From the IMG/VR virus record IMGVR_UViG_3300049783_000823: DNA of 20,000 bases. One strand, given 5' to 3'. The number at the start of each line of letters is the position of its first letter. Positions within the stretch are counted from its first letter, which is position 1. This stretch comes from an uncultured virus (IMG/VR IMGVR_UViG_3300049783_000823). Taxonomy: Duplodnaviria; Heunggongvirae; Uroviricota; Caudoviricetes. The notes below the pieces were generated by a model. The model was not told where the DNA came from. It was given only the letters and a program-made list of their open reading frames with translations, and made no database searches. Of this stretch, positions 9,582 to 17,556 are shown piece after piece. Made by a program: the position numbers and the translations under genes.

Positions 9582-10385
9582 ATGACTACGTCATTAACAC
9601 CTGAATACTTAAGACTTGATAGCGCATTGTCTCGTTTCTTCGGAGACGGCTTCGGAGAAGACTATGAGTTTAGTCTTCAGGATCTTAAACGCGACTTTGC
9701 TGAAGCTGGCACAATGCTGTGCGGAGGTGCGATAACAAGCATTTATTCAGGTATGAAGATCAATGACCTCGACTTCTATGTAAGAGACGAAGCTGGTGCT
9801 GATAAGTTACGAAAGGCTATTCTAACGCGTGGATACGAAGAAGTTTGCATCTCGAGAAATGCAATGACATATAAGCGCAAGAGCGTCAACTCTAGAAAGG
9901 TATGGACCATTCAAATCATAACAAGATTTATGGGACCGCCTTCTGAAATATTTGACACTTTCGATTTCACAATAACTCAGGGAGCTTATGATTTCAATCT
10001 AGGTTTCACAGCTTGTGAAGACAACCATGCTATGCCTAAAGGGGGTTTCGTTCTAGGAACCAGATTCTTGGAGGACATAGCCAGAAGAAGATTAGTATAC
10101 CTCGGCGGGTCTAGATACCCCCTGTGCGCAATGTACAGAACAAAGAAGTATGAAGCAAAAGGCTATCGACTCCCAGGTAGTACCATAATGCATATCGGAA
10201 TATCTATAATGCGTCTTGAGCTAGAAACCTATGGTGATCTCAAGGAACAGCTAAACGGTATCGATACGCAATTTCTTGGTAATATCTTGGGTGACTACGA
10301 TGATATGCAAGAAGATGCTCCTCTAGATTATTCTTTATTTCTAGAAAGAGTTTTTGAAAAAATGACACCAGAACTATTCGATTAA
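9582..10385 (+). CDS. Pol-beta superfamily nucleotidyltransferase (tRNA nucleotidyltransferase / poly(A) polymerase-like head domain)
   Basis: CGGAITS...INDLDFY (GG...DxD) and FDFTITQGAYD (xDFT motif). Confidence 0.75.
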   Translation: MTTSLTPEYLRLDSALSRFFGDGFGEDYEFSLQDLKRDFAEAGTMLCGGAITSIYSGMKINDLDFYVRDEAGADKLRKAILTRGYEEVCISRNAMTYKRKSVNSRKVWTIQIITRFMGPPSEIFDTFDFTITQGAYDFNLGFTACEDNHAMPKGGFVLGTRFLEDIARRRLVYLGGSRYPLCAMYRTKKYEAKGYRLPGSTIMHIGISIMRLELETYGDLKEQLNGIDTQFLGNILGDYDDMQEDAPLDYSLFLERVFEKMTPELFD

Positions 10386-10403
10386 TATAATACAGGAAAA
10401 ATT

Positions 10404-10871
10404 ATGACAAGCTTTTTTAGAAACATTTGGGAAAAATTAGTGGGAAGACCTAAAGAGGTTCAAGCAGAATACGACAAACTTGTGGATACAACGCCTAGAA
10501 TCGCCTCCACAGGATATGGTGAAAGCGGTTATTTCACTGAAGATGATATCATATCCATAGCTGCAGCGAGCGGATCTGTCCGTTCTCGGCTGGAAAGAAA
10601 TTCCGAAAGAGTAATGTCTATTGTAAAGAAGAGATCAAGGATATCTGATCCCAACTTTGTTAAGTCTGGAAGGATATCAAGACAATGGAAGGTAGAAGGA
10701 AGTCTTCTTTGTTACAGGATGCCGGCAAGCGTCAATCCTAAGCGGCTTATTCTGATGGCTTTTGATCCAAACACCACGTCTACCTTTACAGATAGCGTGG
10801 GTGTAACTTTAGAAGCGCTTGGGAAAGTTATGCCTAAGTGTCTCGAAGAGACCGAACGTCACCCGAACTAG
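10404..10871 (+). CDS. Hypothetical protein
   Basis: 155-aa ORF with CAGGA SD. Confidence 0.7.
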   Translation: MTSFFRNIWEKLVGRPKEVQAEYDKLVDTTPRIASTGYGESGYFTEDDIISIAAASGSVRSRLERNSERVMSIVKKRSRISDPNFVKSGRISRQWKVEGSLLCYRMPASVNPKRLILMAFDPNTTSTFTDSVGVTLEALGKVMPKCLEETERHPN

Positions 10872-11056
10872 CCCCGTTTGGGGCACAGTTGGCAGACAGG
10901 ATGTTTTTCGCCAGCGAAGTGAGCTTCACCACGGCTCTCTCAAAACGCCTCAGGGTTTCGCTCTCTCAGCGTGCCTAGGCGTGTTTAACCCGTTAAATTA
11001 ACCCTGAAAGGGAAGTCGAATTAGCGGTATCACATCTCAGTTAGATTGGGAAATTG

Positions 11057-11080
11057 CCATAGGCAAATAATGGCCTATGG
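11057..11080. promoter_or_regulatory. Inverted repeat upstream of the 11131 gene (possible operator or mRNA leader hairpin)
   Basis: CCATAGGC-aaataatg-GCCTATGG, perfect 8-bp arms. Confidence 0.45.
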
Positions 11081-11130
11081 TATTACATTAAAAAGATTCA
11101 ATAATGAATCACAACATACAGGAATATAAC

Positions 11131-11745
11131 ATGTCTGAATTAAAAAAAGGTTTCGTAGTAGAAGGTCAATTTTTCGCAACTAAAGCAGACGCAGAAGAAT
11201 TTTTGCGTACACCGGTTGTCTTAGAAGCTTTGACAGTACTAACTTCTGACGAAGCAAGTTCGAAGTGGTTGTTAGAAAATCGCGATGCAATTCTTAGCAC
11301 GTATAAAGCAGGTCAAATCAGACGTGTATCAAAAGCTGAGCGTAAAGCATTGGTTAAAGCGTTAGATGAAGTTACCGAAGGTTTCTTAGCAGATAACCGT
11401 GATAGCATTATCACATCATTCCGCTGGCCTAAAGTAACCCGTGACACGGACTCAGCTGAAGCCCTTAAAACAGCTTTTGTTGAGCTATGCGAAGGTAACG
11501 AAGAACTAGCTGATTGGTTGCTTGCTACTAAAGCTGAATTGGAAGAAGCTTTCAATGCAGGCAAGCCTAAGCGTAAAGTTTCTCAGAAAGCTTTAGATGC
11601 TCTTGCCGAGTTCCGTAACTTGTCTAAAGAAGAGCAAGAAGCTCGTCGTGCAGAAAACCGTGCCAAGAAAGCAGCCGCTACAAAATCAGTTGAAGAAGCT
11701 ACAGAAGCTCCAGAAGCTGAAGAAGCAAAGGCTGACAAAAGCTAA
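11131..11745 (+). CDS. Hypothetical Ala/Glu/Lys-rich protein with internal repeats, probably highly expressed
   Basis: Likely start is ATG 11131 (CAGGA SD); codon usage rich in CGT/GCT/GAA; repeated W/F-L-x-x-N-R/K-D/A helical segments. Confidence 0.8.
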   Translation: MSELKKGFVVEGQFFATKADAEEFLRTPVVLEALTVLTSDEASSKWLLENRDAILSTYKAGQIRRVSKAERKALVKALDEVTEGFLADNRDSIITSFRWPKVTRDTDSAEALKTAFVELCEGNEELADWLLATKAELEEAFNAGKPKRKVSQKALDALAEFRNLSKEEQEARRAENRAKKAAATKSVEEATEAPEAEEAKADKS

Positions 11746-11759
11746 TTAATTAGCTAAAT

Positions 11760-12060
11760 GAGCATAACCGACAAGGTCGGTCTAGCTTAAAGTACTATAA
11801 AACCACTCGATGTCTATTTGAAGATCACTGCCTACTGTCTAGCCGTAGGGTGTCCCTTTGATTTGACTAGAGTGGTTTTATTTTTGAACATTATAGGTTA
11901 GCAGACCTTTTCTGCTAGGGTGGGCTTACTCTCCACCCGCGTTACACTTTGGTGTAATTAGACTGAATATTAATACCACCAATGCCTTTCTCCTTTATAG
12001 GCAGAAATCTCATCAGAGACGCTGTACTTGGGTGGTATGATTTCTTCAGTTATCATAATG
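11760..12060 (+). ncRNA. Candidate structured non-coding RNA / long 3' UTR
   Basis: No long ORF. Multiple stems: 11767-11781; ATAAAACCACTC/GAGTGGTTTTAT (11797-11881); 11899-11917; 11918-11938; 11942-11957; multibranch 11962-12050. Ends at a terminator. Confidence 0.5.
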
Positions 12061-12064
12061 GTAG

Positions 12065-12087
12065 CCCCTCTTAATTGAGGGGTTTTT
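12065..12087 (+). terminator. Rho-independent terminator
   Basis: CCCCTC-ttaatt-GAGGGG followed by TTTTT. Confidence 0.8.
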
Positions 12088-12107
12088 AATTGAAAGAGGA
12101 GACTATA

Positions 12108-12689
12108 ATGAAACGAAAAGGCATAGATACAGCTGCGTTAGCGAAGGCTTTCAGATTGAGAAGCTCCGCCGCAGATCTTGAGAAGGCAATGCTAGCCTTC
12201 AGCAAATTTAATCAAAACAAACAGAGGTTAGAAGAAATGAGCGAATCACTAAAAAACGATTACTTGGTAAGATTTTATGATAACGACAACGGCCCTGTGC
12301 CTGTTAAAGAAGATATCTATAGAGGCAGGTCAGCCACAGAAGTTATAAATTCCATCGAGAATAGCCAAATGTATGAAAACAGTCGTTTCTCTAGCTTTGC
12401 CGTCCGTAAGGTGGACGATATTGTAAGAATTAGAAACAGGACTCTGAGAAAGAGAGTGTTAATACGAAGGGTTGCGAATGGTGTTCCGTTTCAGATAATC
12501 GAAGAGAATGGGGGTCTAGGCAGTATGGCTATGAAAGTCAAATCCTCAAATACGACAAAAGATGCAAAAAACATTTTAGTGAACCTAAACACCAATACAT
12601 CCTTTAGGATTAGAGGCGATGATCGCGAATGCTATCTTATCAACTGGACGTCCCATTTTACTGGCTATGTACTTGAGGGAGATGAATAA
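12108..12689 (+). CDS. Hypothetical protein
   Basis: Likely start is ATG 12108 (GAGGAG SD). Confidence 0.7.
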   Translation: MKRKGIDTAALAKAFRLRSSAADLEKAMLAFSKFNQNKQRLEEMSESLKNDYLVRFYDNDNGPVPVKEDIYRGRSATEVINSIENSQMYENSRFSSFAVRKVDDIVRIRNRTLRKRVLIRRVANGVPFQIIEENGGLGSMAMKVKSSNTTKDAKNILVNLNTNTSFRIRGDDRECYLINWTSHFTGYVLEGDE

Positions 12690-13564
12690 TGGAGCACATA
12701 CCAAAACTTTGCATATATCACGGGGACTGTTTAGATGGATTCACTGCAGCTTGGGTTGTTGATAAAGCTCATGATTCTATAGAGTTTCATGCAGGTAAAT
12801 ATGGAGAAGTCCCACCTGACTGCTCTGGAATGGATGTCATTCTGGTGGATTTCAGCTATCCAAGAGATGTTATGGTAAAGATAGCGAATGAAGCTAATAG
12901 TGTCTTAGTTATCGATCATCACAAGACAGCGCAAGCAAACCTGGTAAACCTTCCAGGCAATGTTACGCTTGTCTTTGACATGGAGAAAAGCGGTGCTAGA
13001 TTGACTTTCGAATTCTTTTTCCCGCTTGAACCTGTGCCTGATCTTGTAGCCTACGTGGAAGACAGAGACCTATGGCGTTTCAATTTAGAAGGTACTGAAG
13101 CATTCAATACCATGCTTGCAACCGTGCCGCATACATTCAAAGATTGGTCCGGAGTTGCTGATATGTCCCCTGAAGATGCTGCAAAGTTCTTAATAGCAGG
13201 TGCGCTGATAAGGGATGCTCATCTCCTTAGCGTCAATCGGTTGATAGATTCGGGAGCCAATATCGAGACCTTCGAAGGCTATGAAGTGCCTTTTCTTAAT
13301 GCGCCTTACTTTTACGCATCTGATGCAGGGAGCATCTTAGCGAAAGGCCATCCCTTTGCCGTCACTTTTTACATCTCAGATGGTTATGCCAACTTTTCTC
13401 TGAGATCTTCTGATGAAGGTGAAGACGTGTCTAAGATAGCTGAGAAATTCGGAGGAGGTGGCCATCGGAATGCAGCAGGTTTTAGAATAAAGCGAAGCGA
13501 AGGTATGTCGCTTATCTTTACACAAAAGGGTGAGACAGATGCTAGTAATAGTCGACACAGATGA
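12689..13564 (+). CDS. DHH/DHHA1 family phosphoesterase (NrnA/NrnB-like)
   Basis: IYHGDCLDG, VDFS, IDHHKT, EDRDLW, SLRS and GGGGHRNAAGF motifs. Confidence 0.92.
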   Translation: MEHIPKLCIYHGDCLDGFTAAWVVDKAHDSIEFHAGKYGEVPPDCSGMDVILVDFSYPRDVMVKIANEANSVLVIDHHKTAQANLVNLPGNVTLVFDMEKSGARLTFEFFFPLEPVPDLVAYVEDRDLWRFNLEGTEAFNTMLATVPHTFKDWSGVADMSPEDAAKFLIAGALIRDAHLLSVNRLIDSGANIETFEGYEVPFLNAPYFYASDAGSILAKGHPFAVTFYISDGYANFSLRSSDEGEDVSKIAEKFGGGGHRNAAGFRIKRSEGMSLIFTQKGETDASNSRHR

Positions 13565-13760
13565 AAAAACGATAAAAGTAGATATACGTGAAAGAAGTAA
13601 CTTAGTAGTAGATGATGTGATTGATGTGTTGGAAAAAGCAGCCAAATCCTTACGTATGTCATCCAATGGGTGGATGCCGGACGCTGCTACTGCTGAGATA
13701 ATAAAGAACGGAGGGATAACCTCAGAATTCAAACAACAACTTAAGAAGGAAAACAAATGA
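13530..13760 (+). CDS. Hypothetical protein
   Basis: Short ORF coupled to its neighbours (start may be ATG 13539). Confidence 0.55.
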   Translation: MRQMLVIVDTDEKTIKVDIRERSNLVVDDVIDVLEKAAKSLRMSSNGWMPDAATAEIIKNGGITSEFKQQLKKENK

Positions 13761-14152
13761 ATGACTATTTAGAATACACATGCATAGGAGCCAAGAGGGC
13801 TTTAGGGGATGCCTATGACAGTCTGAGGGTCGCACTGGAGTCTGCCGGAGACTTGACTGCAGACCAGTTAGAGCTTGCCGAAGAGGCATGTGCGGCGATT
13901 AAAAAGGAACTGGCGCATGTCAGATCTGTGAAACAAGACATCGAAAGCATTGAGCGTCTCAAGTCAGAGCCTAGGCAGGGGCTTGAAAGATTAAGCGAAG
14001 CAGAATGCGATAACTTAATTTTCATACGGCAGCGGCTTGTCAATGTCTATGGTGAAAGCCCTAACGTTGACTATGTGCATAACTTCTCTGCAACTGTAGA
14101 CAAAATCTTAAAGAACCAGCGGCGGTTGCTTGCTACTGAAGCTGAACTATAA
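13757..14152 (+). CDS. Hypothetical coiled-coil protein
   Basis: 131-aa ORF with AAGGA SD; RLVNVYGESPNVDY segment. Confidence 0.7.
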   Translation: MNDYLEYTCIGAKRALGDAYDSLRVALESAGDLTADQLELAEEACAAIKKELAHVRSVKQDIESIERLKSEPRQGLERLSEAECDNLIFIRQRLVNVYGESPNVDYVHNFSATVDKILKNQRRLLATEAEL

Positions 14153-14245
14153 CAAAGCGGTTCGTGAAGAGGCTGGTTGCTCGAGCTTCTCGTGGAGAGC
14201 AACCACCTTGGTTTGGGAAAATGGCTATATAAGAGTAGGTATGAG

Positions 14246-14326
14246 CGAAGACGGAGTAAGACAATGAAAACAATATTCACAATCGAAGACGGAGTAAGAC
14301 AATGAAAACAATATTCACAATCGAAG
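14246..14326 (+). repeat. Exact 38-bp tandem duplication (2.1 copies) of a translation-initiation region
   Basis: CGAAGACGGAGTAAGACAATGAAAACAATATTCACAAT at 14246 and 14284, plus CGAAG at 14322. Confidence 0.95.
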
Positions 14327-14874
14327 GCCAAGTGATCAGAGCAGCTTTATTATGTGCGGCTAAGAATGACGCGAGACGTTATCTCAACGGTGTAATGGTC
14401 AATACAATAGATAATGTATTGGTTAGTACGAACGGACACGTGTTGTATAAGAATAAGATTTATGTCGATCGTGAGTGTAACTTAGAGAAAGAGTACATTT
14501 TAGAATCTTTTAAAGTACCAAGGTCAGTTCTTGAGGTCGTGATAACAATAGAAGACGATGCTAATGTTGCACTCGTTACAATGTATGACAAGAAGAAAAT
14601 TACGAACATGATTGAAGTTGATTTAATCGACGGTAGGTTCCCTGATTACAAAAGGATATTACCAGCACCCACTGATAAAGTTGAAATCAGTGAGTGTGGT
14701 TTCACGGGTGAGCATCTATCATTAGTTGATAAAGTGTTCCCCAAGAGTGTAGTGCGGTTCGACTTTAAATCTAACAGTCGTGTTATTGTTCAGGCTCAAG
14801 TTTACAGTAATAAAGAGTACATAATAAATAGAGATCGGGGTATGCTGTTGGTAGCGAACGCAAAGATTAAATAG
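14302..14874 (+). CDS. DNA polymerase III beta-clamp-like protein (truncated, central-domain homologue)
   Basis: AAKNDARRYLNGV, VSTNGHVL and LIDGRFPDYKRILP resemble DnaN DVRYYLNG / ATDGHRL / DGRFPDYRRVLP; only 190 aa. Confidence 0.8.
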   Translation: MKTIFTIEGQVIRAALLCAAKNDARRYLNGVMVNTIDNVLVSTNGHVLYKNKIYVDRECNLEKEYILESFKVPRSVLEVVITIEDDANVALVTMYDKKKITNMIEVDLIDGRFPDYKRILPAPTDKVEISECGFTGEHLSLVDKVFPKSVVRFDFKSNSRVIVQAQVYSNKEYIINRDRGMLLVANAKIK

Positions 14875-14884
14875 GAGCAAGACA

Positions 14885-15160
14885 ATGATCACCAATCGAT
14901 ACAATTATTTAATACACAGAGTCGAATACCCTGCTGAACGTGGATATCGTATGGAACGAAAGCCACTACCTGATTGGATATACGTTACTGTTACTACAGA
15001 TGATGATAATGATACTAAATACCTCACTGTGCATTCTCGGTTTCACATGAATAAAGAGGTTCGTATTAACTCTGATTACAGCACCAGCTTTAGTGATAAT
15101 GAAATCATAAAAGACTTGAGTGGTGATATTGCTCACAGATTTTCTATAGGAAAAGGATAA
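14885..15160 (+). CDS. Hypothetical protein
   Basis: AGGAG SD; 91 aa. Confidence 0.65.
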   Translation: MITNRYNYLIHRVEYPAERGYRMERKPLPDWIYVTVTTDDDNDTKYLTVHSRFHMNKEVRINSDYSTSFSDNEIIKDLSGDIAHRFSIGKG

Positions 15161-15356
15161 GACAATGACAAACAGAAAACTGTACAACTTGGTGTGATGT
15201 GGTGAAGGTACACCGCACTGGTGGACAAGGCTACCAAGCCACTGTGTATCGAAGCGGCGGCTGAAAACGGTAGGATCAGGAGGTGAGAAGAATGCCAATT
15301 AGATCATATCATAAATATTTAATGAAAAGCGGTGAATAATTAACATAGGAGTAGTT

Positions 15357-15587
15357 ATGGGCATGAAACTGAAAGGCACTGTAGTGCAATACTTTGAAGC
15401 GGACATAAGGATTCAATATCCCTATGTGGCAGCTGATCGTGATGGAGAGATCTTCAATTATGCTGAAGTCCCTACGATAGTTGCCAGCGGCGGCTATTTC
15501 AAGAAAAATGGCGAGGCTGTTCGTGTAGGTCAAGCAGACCTGAATGGTATCGATTGGAAAGAAACACTTAAGAAATTTAAAATATAG
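15357..15587 (+). CDS. Hypothetical phage protein
   Basis: AGGAG SD; YVAADRDGEIFNY...P...DWKETL is a pattern typical of small phage proteins. Confidence 0.7.
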   Translation: MGMKLKGTVVQYFEADIRIQYPYVAADRDGEIFNYAEVPTIVASGGYFKKNGEAVRVGQADLNGIDWKETLKKFKI

Positions 15588-15658
15588 GAAATAAAATGAA
15601 AAGATTAGGAAAATAAGTAGATTACTATGGTCTTACACAAGACTCTACAAGGACAGAT

Positions 15659-15931
15659 ATGAACATCGAAGACACAAGAAAAATGAACCTAAATGAGGAA
15701 GTCTATGTAAAGCTCACGAAGCTTGGACATGATGAGTTTAAGCTTCAGTTTGATGACCTCAAAAGTATGGCAGGTGGTGATCTGGTATATGCGCCTATCG
15801 TGGAAGACGAAGAGGGTTGGAGCAAATGGCAATTATGGCGTTTGATGGCTACGTTCGGCCATATGCTCAGTACGACAGGTGATCTTCCTTTTGAAATCAA
15901 TATTAGAATTAAGGGTGAAAAAGATGAGTAA
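15659..15931 (+). CDS. Hypothetical phage protein
   Basis: NLNEEVYVKLT...G, QLWRLMATFG. Confidence 0.7.
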   Translation: MNIEDTRKMNLNEEVYVKLTKLGHDEFKLQFDDLKSMAGGDLVYAPIVEDEEGWSKWQLWRLMATFGHMLSTTGDLPFEINIRIKGEKDE

Positions 15932-16283
15932 GAATGTAGAAACACTGAATGAAAGAATAGCCGAAAGGCTCGGCAAAGATTTAGTTGACTTAATGCCTGA
16001 AGGTGAGTGGCAAAAGATGGTGGATAAAGAAGTATTGAAATTCAAGGCAACAGTGGCTCCCAAAATAATTGAGACATTATTGCGTGAAGACTTCCTGGAA
16101 AGGGCGAAATCAAGAATACAAACCCTTACGCAAACCACCGAATGGTCTGATACTTCTAATGCGCTAATAAATACTGAACTTGAAAGGTTCATAGGGGAGT
16201 CTTCTGGCCTAGTATTTGCTGCCATGTTGTCACCTGCTATGAGTCTCGCTCTGGGAGATTTAAGAAACAGACTGGGATACTAG
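15924..16283 (+). CDS. Hypothetical protein
   Basis: Likely start is ATG 15924, overlapping the upstream gene end. Confidence 0.65.
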   Translation: MSKNVETLNERIAERLGKDLVDLMPEGEWQKMVDKEVLKFKATVAPKIIETLLREDFLERAKSRIQTLTQTTEWSDTSNALINTELERFIGESSGLVFAAMLSPAMSLALGDLRNRLGY

Positions 16284-16284
16284 G

Positions 16285-16581
16285 ATGGCAAGCCTAGACG
16301 AGCCTAATGCTATGCGCCTCATGGAAGACGCTCTTATGAAAGACTTGAAGAAAAGTCTAACAAATAGCCTTGTCAAGGAACTTATGAAGGAAGCGCAAGA
16401 GAAGTTCGAAAAGGAGGCACGCGCAACTGTGACGAAAAGGCTTGAAAATCTGACGTTAGAGACTGTATTGGCCTTCAGAAACCTTGCAAGGATGCGAGAT
16501 GAGGTTGAGGTCTATGTGAAGTGGAATGACGACAAGAAGAAGGCAATAAATGACAAACCGGCTAGCGATAAGCCTAAGTAA
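16285..16581 (+). CDS. Hypothetical helical protein
   Basis: 98-aa ORF directly after the upstream stop. Confidence 0.65.
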   Translation: MASLDEPNAMRLMEDALMKDLKKSLTNSLVKELMKEAQEKFEKEARATVTKRLENLTLETVLAFRNLARMRDEVEVYVKWNDDKKKAINDKPASDKPK

Positions 16582-16594
16582 ACAAGGAAATAAT

Positions 16595-16831
16595 ATGGAT
16601 TATAAATTAAAAACGAATGCGGTGATGGTCTCTGAATTGGAAGCAGGTGATTGCTTTATTGATGCCAGCGATCCACCACAGACAGCGCCTGTCTATATGG
16701 TTTTAAACAAGACGAGCGCTCTATATGACTCTAAATTCGAATTGGTAGACCTTCAGACAGGCCACCGTCATTTTCACAGTGACTTTGAAGTAAACAAAGT
16801 GTTGCCATCTTTAACTTTTGAAATAGCATAA
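16595..16831 (+). CDS. Hypothetical protein, paralogue of 16894..17139
   Basis: Likely start is ATG 16595 (AAGGA SD); MVSELEAGDCFI...VYMVL. Confidence 0.7.
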   Translation: MDYKLKTNAVMVSELEAGDCFIDASDPPQTAPVYMVLNKTSALYDSKFELVDLQTGHRHFHSDFEVNKVLPSLTFEIA

Positions 16832-16893
16832 AGCGTAAAGCATAAGGCAATAAATCTAGTACTATTTGATTAATACAACAAAAGGAGAAAGAT

Positions 16894-17139
16894 ATGATAT
16901 ACAACGTAACACAACCGATAAGGATTATGCTTGCAGACCTTGAGCCAGGTGAATGCTTCATTCTCGCATATGACACTGAGCATGAGCCTACGGTATACAT
17001 TCTATTAGCCAGTATAGAGTCGACACCTGAAGGTTCTTTCGATGTTGTTTCAATTGCAAACGGCGTACGTTATAATTGGTATGAGACAGAGGTTATACAT
17101 GTCGTTGGTGATGTTCAGTTCACGCAAGTATCACAGTAG
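16894..17139 (+). CDS. Hypothetical protein, paralogue of 16595..16831
   Basis: AAGGAG SD; MLADLEPGECFI...VYILL. Confidence 0.7.
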   Translation: MIYNVTQPIRIMLADLEPGECFILAYDTEHEPTVYILLASIESTPEGSFDVVSIANGVRYNWYETEVIHVVGDVQFTQVSQ

Positions 17140-17227
17140 GTTATTATGAAAACAAAACATGACATAGAAACATCAAAAGCTGTGGAACCGGTCTGGTTAG
17201 CCAGCCTATCATAGGATTAGATGATTT

Positions 17228-17425
17228 ATGACTAATTGGATTGATTCAGAAGATGAAGTAAAACCCGTTGTAGCTAGAACGGTGTTGGCGTATTGCCCTG
17301 ACTGGAACAATAGCGGGTATCAAGTGTGTTACTGGGACGGAAAGGTTTTTAGGTACGAAGAGCAACCTAATGACGATTTCCATACCTATGTGAACTCATG
17401 GGCGATATTTATGGAAGCCGATTAA
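17228..17425 (+). CDS. Small DUF551-like phage protein
   Basis: MTNWID...KP...VLAY...YWDG...VNSWA architecture. Confidence 0.55.
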   Translation: MTNWIDSEDEVKPVVARTVLAYCPDWNNSGYQVCYWDGKVFRYEEQPNDDFHTYVNSWAIFMEAD

Positions 17426-17428
17426 TGT

Positions 17429-17556
17429 ATATAACCCCTGGGGGGTAATTAGCCGCCTTTGGTGGCACAGAATTGGAGCAATGATGATGTCAAACGAAGC
17501 TGAGAAACAAGAAACCGACACAACAGTAGGCGGTCTGATTGACCCAGTTGTTATGT
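17429..17556 (-). repeat. attC-like site 1 (128 bp, long loop)
   Basis: Minus strand: R'' ACATAAC-AACTG-L'' GGT(C)AATC-AG(A)CCGCC...GGCGGCT-L' AATTACC-8-nt spacer-R' GTTATAT. Confidence 0.75.

Noticed and set aside
11890..11960. tRNA gene in the three-hairpin cluster
   Set aside because: No acceptor stem, T-loop TTC motif or D-loop consensus.
11975..12020. Hammerhead ribozyme on the minus strand (CTGATGA...GAAA)
   Set aside because: The core words are present, but no credible stem II or stem III / NUH cleavage site can be formed.
14147..14216. Possible plus-strand attC after ORF 13757 (CTATAACAAAGC... with hairpin TGGTTGCTC/GAGCAACCA at 14174-14205)
   Set aside because: No matching L' box or GTTRRRY core; it is only a 9-bp hairpin.
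17140..17227. Additional attC upstream of ORF 17228 (CTGGTTAGCCAG)
   Set aside because: No TAAC partner or L boxes, and no complementarity to the unit end at 17429.
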